A stretch of 64,000 nt of DNA from an uncultured Acidobacteriota bacterium (GTDB taxonomy: Bacteria > Acidobacteriota > Thermoanaerobaculia > Gp7-AA8): NCBI GenBank assembly GCA_963741955.1, contig CAVUKB010000001.1, positions 352,001-416,000 of the forward strand, written 5' to 3'. Shown piece by piece: positions 40,889 through 49,678 of the stretch (positions within the stretch are counted from its first letter, which is position 1; each line of letters opens with the position of its first letter). The notes beneath the pieces were generated by a model, which did not search any database, had not been told where the DNA came from, and saw nothing but the letters and a program-made list of their open reading frames with translations. Made by a program: the position numbers and the translations under genes.

Positions 40889-41239
40889 GGCCGGGACCAC
40901 GAGCAATGAAGCCCTTCTCAAGATGTCGAGGATGGTGCCGGTCGGGAGCGATGCGATGAACTCTGCTCGACGATCGTGCCAGTCCAGGCTCTTGATTTGA
41001 TCGCTGAGGACGACGCCGTGGACGGGTAGCCCCTCCGGGAGCGCGACCTCAAACGGATAGCCTTTGACCTTGGAGGTGACCGGGCAGCAAACCGCTAGAT
41101 TTGTCTTCGCGTTGTACGAGCGCGGCGAGAGCACCACGGCAGGCCGGCGGCCCGCCTGCTCTCGACCTGCCTGCGGATCGAAACTCAACCAGACGAGATC
41201 ACCGCGCTCGGGGACGTACTTACCACGCTTCGTTGCCAC
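40883..41239 (-). CDS. mazF: MazF/PemK endoribonuclease toxin
   Basis: YVPERGDLVWLSFDPQAGREQAGRRPAVVLS, CCPVTSKVKGYPFEV, DQIKSLDW. Confidence 0.95.
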   Translation of the reverse strand: MATKRGKYVPERGDLVWLSFDPQAGREQAGRRPAVVLSPRSYNAKTNLAVCCPVTSKVKGYPFEVALPEGLPVHGVVLSDQIKSLDWHDRRAEFIASLPTGTILDILRRASLLVVPAG

Positions 41240-41462
41240 GGCTCGCCCCGGTATCAACCTCTTCGTGTCGATTGGTCTTCGTGATGCGAGCCACCAAATC
41301 CTCGAGTTCGAGATCGGGCTCCTTCACGGGGGCGATGATCAGCTTCCCGTTCCGCAGCGAGACATCCACGGCAGAGTTCTCCGACAGGTTCGTCTCTTTT
41401 GCGAACGGCTGGGGAATTCGGACGGCGAGGCTGTTGCCCCATTTCTGCAAACGCGTCTTCAT
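41220..41462 (-). CDS. mazE: MazE/AbrB antitoxin
   Basis: QKWGNSLAVRIP, LEDLVARIT..N.HEE.D.G...G.E.W. Confidence 0.93.
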   Translation of the reverse strand: MKTRLQKWGNSLAVRIPQPFAKETNLSENSAVDVSLRNGKLIIAPVKEPDLELEDLVARITKTNRHEEVDTGASRGNEAW

Positions 41463-41511
41463 GCACGTAGCTACATTGAAGATACGTTACATATTCCCGG
41501 ACGCTTCAGCC

Positions 41512-41611
41512 GGCGAACGGTTGCGCTTGAGCCGCGCGACCCGCAGGGAGATTCTACCAAGTTACGCCACGGCCGCCGCGGGGAGCGGCGGCTCGAAGCG
41601 CCAAGTTATGC
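41512..41611 (-). other. attC site after L,D-transpeptidase gene
   Basis: Minus: GCATAAC-TTGGCGCTTCGAGCCGC ... GCGGCTCAAGCGCAACC-GTTCGCC. Confidence 0.8.
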
Positions 41612-41616
41612 GGCAG

Positions 41617-42141
41617 CTAGGGCAGGATTTTGACCGGCGTGCCGTCTGGAACTGCTCGCGCAATCTCTTCGATTTCTGGATCCGTCACGGCGATGCAACC
41701 CTGCGTCCAATCCGCAAGGGTATGCAGCCGGCCAACGAATCCGAGGCCGTTTCTGATTCCGTGAATCATGATGTCTCCTCCAGGACGAACTCCACGGGCT
41801 GCCGCGGCCTTCCCTTGGTTCGGCGTTGGGTAGGAGATCTGCAGTGCGATGTGAAACGCGCTGTCTGTTTTGTGGAAATCGACGACGTATGCGCCTTCTG
41901 GTGTTCGCCCGTCGCCCTCGCGTTCTTTCGGGCCTACCGGATTCGGTCCCAGTGCTACCCGGTATGTGCGGAGTACGTGTCCGCCCTTCATGAGAGAAAG
42001 CGAGCGGTCGGACTTCTTGATCACGATCACGTCTGCCGTTGCACCAGGGGGGAGTGGATCCGCGCGGCGGTTGGCAAGGGTAACCGTGACAGCTACGCCT
42101 ACACACGTGAGGAGCGCCGCTGTGAGAAGTACCCTTTTCAC
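41617..42141 (-). CDS. L,D-transpeptidase (YkuD) family protein, exported
   Basis: Signal peptide; K..EGDGRTPEG.Y, GGDIMIHG, WTQGCIAV. Confidence 0.9.
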   Translation of the reverse strand: MKRVLLTAALLTCVGVAVTVTLANRRADPLPPGATADVIVIKKSDRSLSLMKGGHVLRTYRVALGPNPVGPKEREGDGRTPEGAYVVDFHKTDSAFHIALQISYPTPNQGKAAAARGVRPGGDIMIHGIRNGLGFVGRLHTLADWTQGCIAVTDPEIEEIARAVPDGTPVKILP

Positions 42142-42160
42142 GAGACCGACTGCCCACGCC

Positions 42161-42263
42161 GCATAACGTACCGCCGTTCAGCCGCCGGGGCACGCCTTGA
42201 GATGGTAGCACGAATGCGAGCGCGACTCGGCGTGCCCCGGTCGGCTGGAACGGTTAGTTAGGT
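42161..42263 (-). other. attC site after the BrnA-like gene
   Basis: Minus: ACCTAAC-TAACCGTTCCAGCCGACCGGGGCACGCC ... GGCGTGCCCCGGCGGCTGAACGGCGGTAC-GTTATGC. Confidence 0.88.
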
Positions 42264-42265
42264 GG

Positions 42266-42490
42266 CTACTTCTTGACAGCGGACAGCGTGGCACGGAGGA
42301 ACTTGTTGACCTTCTCGCTTGAGTCGAATACCTCTGCCACGTCGGGTTCGAGAACGACCAGAACTCCACCGCCGCTCGGTTTCTTAAACTTCTTCGCGAA
42401 ACGGTTGGGTCGAGCATCCGAGAAGTCATACTCGGCGCGTATTTCGTCTGAACTCGGCTTCTTCCGTGAGCTAGTTTTCTTCGTAGGCAT
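42266..42490 (-). CDS. BrnA-like antitoxin
   Basis: DEIRAEYDFS..RPNRFA, VVLEPDVAEVF.SSE.VN..LR; follows brnT. Confidence 0.75.
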   Translation of the reverse strand: MPTKKTSSRKKPSSDEIRAEYDFSDARPNRFAKKFKKPSGGGVLVVLEPDVAEVFDSSEKVNKFLRATLSAVKK

Positions 42491-42743
42491 GGCGTTCTTT
42501 GCGGGTAGCGGGCCTCGAACTGATGATCCGAATGGCCAAACCCCGCTCCACGAATGATACCACCAGGACTCTTCCGGACGCCGACATCCCGAGAATGAGC
42601 TCGCGAGCCTCTTCATCGGAGTGGTCCGGATCAGGCTTGATTCCGGCGTTCGGGTCCGCAAACACTGTGGCAGCCTCGTCGAACGATACCCCGTGCTTTC
42701 GCCGATTGGCCGCGGCCTTGCGGGCATCCCATTCGAAGTACGG
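42471..42743 (-). pseudogene. brnT: BrnT toxin lacking a canonical start codon
   Basis: YFEWDARKAAANRRKHGVSFDEAATVFAD..IRIISSRPATRKER; CCG where the Met is expected. Confidence 0.8.
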
Positions 42744-42769
42744 TTCTTTGCCTTCTGATCCTGAAGGTC

Positions 42770-42915
42770 GGGGAGGCGCGATAGGCGTGAGGCAGAGTGC
42801 AAGGGCGTCGGATTCAAGTTTCGGGGTTGCCCCTCACCCTGACCCTCTCCCCGAAGGGCGGTCCCGACTGAAGACATGACCCCGGACGGGGAGAGAGGAT
42901 GTGTCGCGAGTGGGT
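42770..42915. repeat. Inverted diverged copy of 37131-37275 (CCCTCACCCT/CCCTCTCCCC REP-like module)
   Basis: Reverse complement contains CCCGTCCGGGGTCA.GTCTTCAGTCG and TTCGGGGAGAGGG..AGGGTGAGGGGCAA. Confidence 0.8.
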
Positions 42916-43116
42916 ATGTGGGCTGCTCGTGGGAACGGCGTGCCGAAGTGTTGGAGCATTGGTGGTTCGGAGCGGTCGTCGGGAGGCGGAACGGGAACGT
43001 GGAAAGAGCGGGCGTGGGTTGTTGAAGTTCGGCCAGAGCGCGACGTGTCGCGGGTGGGAGACACCGATGAGCGAAACCGAGCTGCCTCGCTCGTTGCGTC
43101 CGTGAACGGAAGCGTG

Positions 43117-45372
43117 TCAGTGCCGTACGCCGCGACGCTTCGACTGCGACTCGAGCTCGATGTGCTCCGTGCGTCCGCCGGAGAGTGCGATCGCGAGCGT
43201 GGTCGACCGTCCGCCGACGGTGAAAGTGACGGCACTGCCGCCGTCCTTCACCACCCAGCGTCCCTCGATCGTGACGTGGACCAGAGGCGAGCGGCGTGAC
43301 GGATCGGCGATGGAGAGCTCCGTCGTTCGTGCCGAGCCGGTTCGAAACAGCACCGCAGGTGCGTCGACGGTGAGGCCATCGAACGAGCCCGCCTCCCAGA
43401 AAACGACGCCGGTGGCGCCGGTGCGCTCGTCGCGTGCGGCCGCCGTCGCGCCGTCGTTCGCGAGAACGGTGATGGGCGCATTCTCCGCCCACTGTTGCAT
43501 CTGCGACGCGTCGACGTTCGGGACGATCACGTATTCGGCCGCCCCGTTCACCGGAGCGACGCCGTGCTCGATGGCGATGGTCCGGATGCGGTTGCTCACT
43601 TCTGCGGAGGAATTCGCTCCGGCGAGGAGCGACCAGCTTCCGCTGCGCGTGGCGTCGGTGATCCGTACCGTGGTCGGATGCGGAAAGAAGTAGCCGATCT
43701 TCTCGCCGGCCGCCCACCTCGGAGTCGCATGCTCGCTCTCGGACGCCAGCCCGTCCACGACCAGCGACTGACCGCTGCGCACCGGCCGTTGATCGATCAC
43801 CGTCTCGACCGGGTACTGCGAGGTGTCGCAGATCCCGCTGCCGAGGAAAGCGATCGAATCGTCGAAGAAGATCCACGCCTTGCGCATGGAGAGCGACGTG
43901 CCGGCGGGAGAGAGGATCATCGCTGCGACTCCGTTGCTTCCGTCGTCCGTCCCGCCGACGAAGAGGTCGCTGCCGTAGGCGTATCGGTCGCTCGCGGCAT
44001 CGGGTGCGAGCTCGACGGTGGTCCCGGGGAGGCGCGACCAGTCGAGAGTGGGATAGACGTCGCCCGACGCGTATTCGTCCCCGCTGACCACCAGGTGCAT
44101 CCGGCCGTCGGCCTGCCGCGATCCGAGGAGGTCTTCACCGTTCGTGCGCTCGCCGGAAAGAGTGCGCCACGACAACATCCGTACGGACGCGTACCAGCCG
44201 GGGCGCCTGTGAATGACGTAATCCGAGTCGGCGAAATCGCGATGGCCGGAAGGCCACGCGGGAGTGGTCTGCGCGAGCCCGTCGGCGAGAGCGGCGAGCT
44301 CCGGCGGGAGCGTGCCGTCCCAGGAGCGTAGCATCATCGCCGCGCTTCGCCGGATCTCTTCCTGACGGCTGCCCGGGACGACGGACATCTGCAGCAGCGT
44401 CGCGAGACCGTTCCATCCGTTCATGGAAGGATTGCTGACCTGCCGCCCGAGCGAGGAGGGATCGAAATCGTTGCGGTAGAGAGTCCACTGAAGACTGTCG
44501 GCCACGAAATCCGCGAAGAGAGAAGCGCGCGAGGGCGGCAGGGTGAGCGGAGTGCCGGCCGTGAAGAGGAGAAATCGGGAGACGTCGTATGCGAATGAGC
44601 TTCCGTACGCGCCGGTGTAGAGCTGCGGACCGTGCTGCTGGAACGAGAGATCCGGCTGGATCCCGTCACGCGTCGCGTCGGCTCGGCAGGCCGACCCGAT
44701 GGCATCCGACGCAGCGGAGATGCGCGCGTCGTCGCCGGTCAGCACCCCCAGCATGAGGTGGTTCATCGACGACCAGACGAGGTTCTCACCCTCGAGCACG
44801 GAATAGGAATTCGTCAGCCCGGGGCGTGGGCCGATCCGCGCGCGGAGAACGTCGATCCCTTCCTGCAGAACGGCGGGATCGAGGTCGCTCGCGACGAGGA
44901 CCAGAGCCGGCCCGAGCTCGAGCGATGGGCCGATGGTCCAGAACCACCAGTTGCCGTTGGCCGGAACCGAACCGCCATAGAACGACGGCAGCCCATCCAC
45001 ACACGCCTCGATCCCGGACAGGAGCTGAGGGTCGTGATACCAGATCTGTCCCGGCGTCGCGTAGCCGCGTGCCATGGTCAGGAGCCGCCGGAAGTGATCC
45101 CACGGCGACCAGACGCCGCTCGGGACTTCGGTGTAATCGATGTCGCTCCAGCGCCCGTCGGAACCGAGGAAGCCGGGCGCGGTGATGCGGCGCACCTCGT
45201 TCTCGAGAGCCGATCGCGCGGCGATTGTTCGTTGAGAGATGGGAGAGGCGCCGGCACCGGTGTAATAACCGGTGATCGAATCGCGGATCGGAGTGACGTC
45301 GTTCGCCAGCAGTGGGGTGGAGAGGAGCAGCGAGACGAGAGTGAGAGCGATCGGACGGAGAAACCGGAGCAT
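43117..45372 (-). CDS. Polysaccharide lyase family 8, secreted
   Basis: Signal peptide; GNWWFWTIG, G.NL, DGIQPD.SFQQHG.QLYTGAYG, DWSRLPGTT. Confidence 0.88.
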   Translation of the reverse strand: MLRFLRPIALTLVSLLLSTPLLANDVTPIRDSITGYYTGAGASPISQRTIAARSALENEVRRITAPGFLGSDGRWSDIDYTEVPSGVWSPWDHFRRLLTMARGYATPGQIWYHDPQLLSGIEACVDGLPSFYGGSVPANGNWWFWTIGPSLELGPALVLVASDLDPAVLQEGIDVLRARIGPRPGLTNSYSVLEGENLVWSSMNHLMLGVLTGDDARISAASDAIGSACRADATRDGIQPDLSFQQHGPQLYTGAYGSSFAYDVSRFLLFTAGTPLTLPPSRASLFADFVADSLQWTLYRNDFDPSSLGRQVSNPSMNGWNGLATLLQMSVVPGSRQEEIRRSAAMMLRSWDGTLPPELAALADGLAQTTPAWPSGHRDFADSDYVIHRRPGWYASVRMLSWRTLSGERTNGEDLLGSRQADGRMHLVVSGDEYASGDVYPTLDWSRLPGTTVELAPDAASDRYAYGSDLFVGGTDDGSNGVAAMILSPAGTSLSMRKAWIFFDDSIAFLGSGICDTSQYPVETVIDQRPVRSGQSLVVDGLASESEHATPRWAAGEKIGYFFPHPTTVRITDATRSGSWSLLAGANSSAEVSNRIRTIAIEHGVAPVNGAAEYVIVPNVDASQMQQWAENAPITVLANDGATAAARDERTGATGVVFWEAGSFDGLTVDAPAVLFRTGSARTTELSIADPSRRSPLVHVTIEGRWVVKDGGSAVTFTVGGRSTTLAIALSGGRTEHIELESQSKRRGVRH

Positions 45373-45425
45373 GATCTGACAGTCCAACCGGAGCCGGGGC
45401 GACGATCATTCCGCGGCGGGAGTCG

Positions 45426-47078
45426 TCACTTCCGGCTGATGGCGAGAAGAGTGACGTCGTCGCCCATCGGCGTCGACCCTGCGTGCGCCAGAGTCGCCTG
45501 CTCAACGCATTCGATGATCGCTGCGGCCCCTTTGCCGTGGAGGGTATTCACACACTCCCGTGCCGCAAGGGAGCCGAACTCCTCTTCCGCTTCGTTCTCC
45601 GCCTCGGTGATGCCGTCGGTGAAAAGGACCAGCGCGTCTCCGGCTCCGAGCGTGATCTCCTGGTTCCGGTACGTGGCCGTCGGGAAGAGACCGACCACCA
45701 TGTCCGTGGTCTTCAGCTCCTCGACCGTGTCGCGGCGCACCACCAGGGGAGGCGTATGCCCTGCGTTCGAGAACTCGATTCTCCCGCTCTGCGGATCGAC
45801 GAGCCCGACCACCATGGTCACGAACTTGGTCGGAGACGTTTTCGGACTGAGGTTCTCGTTGATCTCACGCAGAATCTCCGCCGGAGAGAGATCCTTCTTC
45901 GCGAAGATGTTGAAGCCGGTCGCGACCGCGACGGTGAGGAGAGCGGCGGTGACTCCCTTTCCACTGACGTCGGCGATGGTGAAGTAGATCCGTCCGTCGG
46001 GCCGGGGAACGTAATCGAAGTAGTCGCCGCTCACCGTGCGGAGGGGGCGGTTCACGCCGGCGAATTCCCACCCTTCGACGTCAGGATTCTCCTTCGGGAG
46101 GATTCGCTTCTGGATCGCGTAGGCGGTTCGGAGCTCTTCCTCCATTTTCTCTTTCGCCAGCGCCTGTTCGCGCAGACGCGTCGTCTCGAGCTTGATGGCG
46201 GCGAATCGGGCGATCTGAGCTGCGAGGCGCACGTCGTCCTCGGAAACGCTCTGCTGAGTGAGGATGTAGTCGGCGTAGAGGACGCCGAGGACCGTGTCAT
46301 TGACCAGGAGGGGAGCGCAGAGGACGGAGCGGATGTTCTGTCCCACGATCGATTTGGCCTGTGCGAGATGCTCGTCCGCGCTGACGTCGTAGAACGACAG
46401 GACCTTCTTTTCCAGGACCACTTCGTTGAGGAGAGTCCTGCTGATGGTGAGATCGCCGGAATCGGATGAGTCACGCCGCCTCACCTTCAGAGTGTCGAAC
46501 GAAGCGCGGTCCGGAGTGAGGAGCGCCAGTGCAGCACGCGAAGGTTTCAGAAGGTCCATCACCCGGTCGATGATGAAATCGAAAAGTTCGGAGAGAGGCC
46601 GGTCCTCGATCAGTTCGAGCGCGAGCCGGTTGAGGATCTGCAGGCGCTGGTTGTGGGCGGTTGGCTGGGAGTCGAGCTTGACGATCTCCTGGACCGGAAT
46701 CGAGATGGTGGCCGACGAGATCGCGTCGTTGAGGGCGATGCGGTCTCCGCTGGAGGCCGCGGATCCTTCTTCGAACAGCACGTGGCTGTCGCCGAGGCTG
46801 ATACGGTCTCCGGGACGGAGCATCAGAGGGCGATCGACGCGGCTTCCATTGAGAAACGTCCCGTTGGCACTCCCGCAATCGGTGAGGATCCACGCCCCGT
46901 CGATGAAGGAGATCTCGGCATGCCGCCGGGAGAGGAAGCGGTCCCGGATCGGGATGGTGCAATCGGAGGCGCGGCCCATCGTCGCTCCGGAAGGGGCAAT
47001 GGTATGGCGCGAAGGAGACCCCCCGGGCTGCACCACGGTGATCTCCGCGCTTGGGCGGCCCTTGTCGATGGCAGTCAT
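45426..47078 (-). CDS. FHA + GAF + SpoIIE/PP2C phosphatase
   Basis: FHA GR..SRRHA..SANGT; GAF CAPL..GVLYAD; VSGDYFD, ADVSGKG, FTDG, DDVT. Confidence 0.92.
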   Translation of the reverse strand: MTAIDKGRPSAEITVVQPGGSPSRHTIAPSGATMGRASDCTIPIRDRFLSRRHAEISFIDGAWILTDCGSANGTFLNGSRVDRPLMLRPGDRISLGDSHVLFEEGSAASSGDRIALNDAISSATISIPVQEIVKLDSQPTAHNQRLQILNRLALELIEDRPLSELFDFIIDRVMDLLKPSRAALALLTPDRASFDTLKVRRRDSSDSGDLTISRTLLNEVVLEKKVLSFYDVSADEHLAQAKSIVGQNIRSVLCAPLLVNDTVLGVLYADYILTQQSVSEDDVRLAAQIARFAAIKLETTRLREQALAKEKMEEELRTAYAIQKRILPKENPDVEGWEFAGVNRPLRTVSGDYFDYVPRPDGRIYFTIADVSGKGVTAALLTVAVATGFNIFAKKDLSPAEILREINENLSPKTSPTKFVTMVVGLVDPQSGRIEFSNAGHTPPLVVRRDTVEELKTTDMVVGLFPTATYRNQEITLGAGDALVLFTDGITEAENEAEEEFGSLAARECVNTLHGKGAAAIIECVEQATLAHAGSTPMGDDVTLLAISRK

Positions 47079-47264
47079 GTCGAAAGGGTTATTGTAACTC
47101 TCGACGACACGGAGGGGTAGGGGAGAGAGGCGAGAGGCGAGAGGAGCGAGGCTCGAGACTAGAGGCTCGAGGCTCGGGAGACGGCGGGCGCTGCTCGAAG
47201 CTCGACGTTGGGGGTCCGGGGTAGGGATCGGGGGTCGGGGAAGTCTCGCGTACGCTCGGAAAAG

Positions 47265-47519
47265 CGACGTACGCCGTTTCGGGCGTTCGTTGAATGAGAA
47301 GCCCGAAGGGCGATGCTTCGTATGGCCCCTGCCGTCAGGCAGGGGGTCGGGAAAGAGGTAGAAAGAGAATGTGGAGCCCCCCGTGAGGGGGCGACCCCGC
47401 GTTCTGCGGAAGAAGTGCCGCCCTCCGGGCTCGAACTTCGTCCGAATCGCATGTCCGGGTGCTGACGCACCCGGCTACACGAAGAGACGCCCTTCGGGCT
47501 GATCTGGTATGCGACGTCG
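47265..47519. repeat. Highly palindromic REP-doublet-like intergenic element
   Basis: AGCCCGAAGGGCG / CGCCCTTCGGGCT outer IR; inward-facing hairpins CCCCTGCC-gtca-GGCAGGGG and CCGGGTGC-tgac-GCACCCGG. Confidence 0.65.
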
Positions 47520-47608
47520 GACGTCTGGAACCTGGTACTCGAGAATTCAGAGCTGAGAAACCTCGCGCTTCTTCCGAGCCTCGAGCCTCGAGCCCCGAGC
47601 CTCGGTCT

Positions 47609-48439
47609 CTAGTAAAACTCGTACGAGTCGACCTTTCCCACCAGCCCGGCGGCATGAGCGCGGTCGAGGAAGAGCCGTACCGCGGCGCGGCCCTTCTCGC
47701 CGTAGTCGACCGTGTAGTCGTTCACGTACATTCCGACGAAGCGGTCGGCACTCGGAGTATCGAGGCCGCGGCCGAAGCTCATCGCATGCTCGAGTGCCTC
47801 CTTGCGGTGGTCGAGCGAGAACTGAATCGACTTCTTGAGGATCGCAGAGACCTTCGCGATCGTCTCTTTGCCGAGAGCGCGGCGTACCACGTTGCCACCG
47901 AGCGGCATGGGAAGGTTCGTTTCTTTCTTCCACCATTCGCCGAGGTCGACCACTTTGTGGAGCCCCTCGCCGGCGTACGTGATCTGTCCCTCGTGGATGA
48001 TCAGCCCCGCTTCGACGCGTCCCTCCTTGACCGCTCCCTGGATCTGGTCGAAGTCCATCACCGTGGTCTCGGCTTTCGGCGCGAAGAGCTTGAGGCCGAG
48101 ATATGCGGAGGTGTTCAACCCCGGGACGGCGACGACCACCCGGTCGAGGTCGGCCGCGGCCATCGGTTTGCGCGAGACGACCAGAGGGCCGTAGCCGTCA
48201 CCGATCGAGGCGCCGCTCGAGAGGAGCGCGTAGCGGTCGGCGATGGAGGGGTACATGGCGAAGGAGATCGCCGTCACGTCGTACACCTCGCTGCGGGCGT
48301 CGATGTTGAGCGACTGGATGTCCTTGAGGTGATGCTCGAACTGGAACTCGCCGCTGTCGATCAGATCCTTCGCGAGAGCGTAGAACATGAAGGCGTCATC
48401 GGCGTCGGGGGAGTGGGCAAGGGTGATCTTCTGTTTCAT
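47609..48439 (-). CDS. mqnD: MqnD/MqnA family, probable 1,4-dihydroxy-6-naphthoate synthase
   Basis: AHSPDADDAFMF, G.GYGP, GLIIHEGQ, LPMPLGG, MYVN. Confidence 0.85.
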   Translation of the reverse strand: MKQKITLAHSPDADDAFMFYALAKDLIDSGEFQFEHHLKDIQSLNIDARSEVYDVTAISFAMYPSIADRYALLSSGASIGDGYGPLVVSRKPMAAADLDRVVVAVPGLNTSAYLGLKLFAPKAETTVMDFDQIQGAVKEGRVEAGLIIHEGQITYAGEGLHKVVDLGEWWKKETNLPMPLGGNVVRRALGKETIAKVSAILKKSIQFSLDHRKEALEHAMSFGRGLDTPSADRFVGMYVNDYTVDYGEKGRAAVRLFLDRAHAAGLVGKVDSYEFY

Positions 48440-48728
48440 GGCGGCGGGATGATAGCAGGACGTGCGTTGAATGCGAATCAGGGGAGGGGTCGAATTTGCG
48501 CGATTTGCGCGATTTGCGCGATTTGAAACGGGCGGGATCGGATCGTCTTCGCACGAGCTCGGGGAATGCGGAATCGCCATCGCGGAACGCTGCAGTCGTA
48601 CGAAGCTCGCGCCATTCGCGCCGTTCGCGCGGATCGCTCCGCTGACGGAAATCGCGCAAATCGCGCAAATGAACCGACTTCCCGCCGCGCTCCGTCCCTC
48701 CGCGCGACTCGTGTTTACGAACCCGGGT

Positions 48729-49442
48729 CTACTCGCTCCACTGGTCGCCGAACAGCATCTTCCCGATCCGCTCTCGAGTCGTCTCCATCAGGTGTTTCTT
48801 GGCCGAGACCGTGAGGCCTGTGGTCTCGATCGGTTCGGAGACGTGCACCGTGACCACTCCCGGGTGGACGGAGAGGCGGGTAGCGGGAAGGACCTCGTAG
48901 GTCCCGTCGATCGCCACCGGGAGGATCGGGAGCTCGGACTTCAGCGCGAGGAGATATGCGCCGCGCTGGAACGGTTTCATTTCTTTCGACCTCGAGCGTC
49001 CTTCCTCCGGAAAGATGACGATCGTGTTTCCCTTCCGGATCCGCTCTCCCGCGAGCTCGAACGCGCGCAGGTTGCGGCTCCGGCGCTTGCGGTCGATCGG
49101 AATGAATCCCGCCGACTTGAGCCCCCAGCCGAAGAGCGGGATCTGGAAGAGGCTCGCCTTGGCCATGAACCGGACGGGCTGCGGAATGGTGGCCAGCAGC
49201 ACCGGGATGTCGAGGTAGCTGTAGTGATTGCCGACGATGATGTAACGCTGCTCGGAGCGGATCCGATCGAGGTTCTCCGAGCGGAGCTCGATCCCTGCCG
49301 CGTTCACGATGCTTCTCGCCCAGAGGCGGATCACGCCGTCGGTTGCCGAGCTCGCGTGAAAAAGGGAAAAGAGGATCACCAATGGCGACGTCACCAGCGT
49401 CGCCACCAGTGCAACCAGACCGACCCATACGATTCGAAGCAT
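48729..49442 (-). CDS. plsC: 1-acyl-sn-glycerol-3-phosphate acyltransferase
   Basis: NHYSYLD, FMAK, IPIDR, IFPE. Confidence 0.85.
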   Translation of the reverse strand: MLRIVWVGLVALVATLVTSPLVILFSLFHASSATDGVIRLWARSIVNAAGIELRSENLDRIRSEQRYIIVGNHYSYLDIPVLLATIPQPVRFMAKASLFQIPLFGWGLKSAGFIPIDRKRRSRNLRAFELAGERIRKGNTIVIFPEEGRSRSKEMKPFQRGAYLLALKSELPILPVAIDGTYEVLPATRLSVHPGVVTVHVSEPIETTGLTVSAKKHLMETTRERIGKMLFGDQWSE

Positions 49443-49678
49443 GCGGCGCGGGATTGTACCCGATGAAGCAGCAAGTTCGGCGCTGGAGTGGTCCGGCGGT
49501 CGTACATCGCGGCCGGGTGGTCTATCATTCAGATATGGATCGCCGTCCGGGAGCGGCATCTGCTGCCACGCATGCAGTCGGGCGACACGCTGCACGGGGA
49601 ATAGCCGGCCATGGATTACAATCCGGGGATACGGCAACTATCGGTGAGTCTCGGTCTGCGCACTGACCTGCGGAATCC

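Noticed and set aside
42266-43876. 536-aa ORF
   Set aside because: Only the last 74 aa (BrnA-like) are credible; the rest is alternative-frame lyase, repeat and brnT sequence.
47265-47519. RNase P, tmRNA, SRP or cobalamin riboswitch
   Set aside because: None of their conserved sequence motifs were found by eye.
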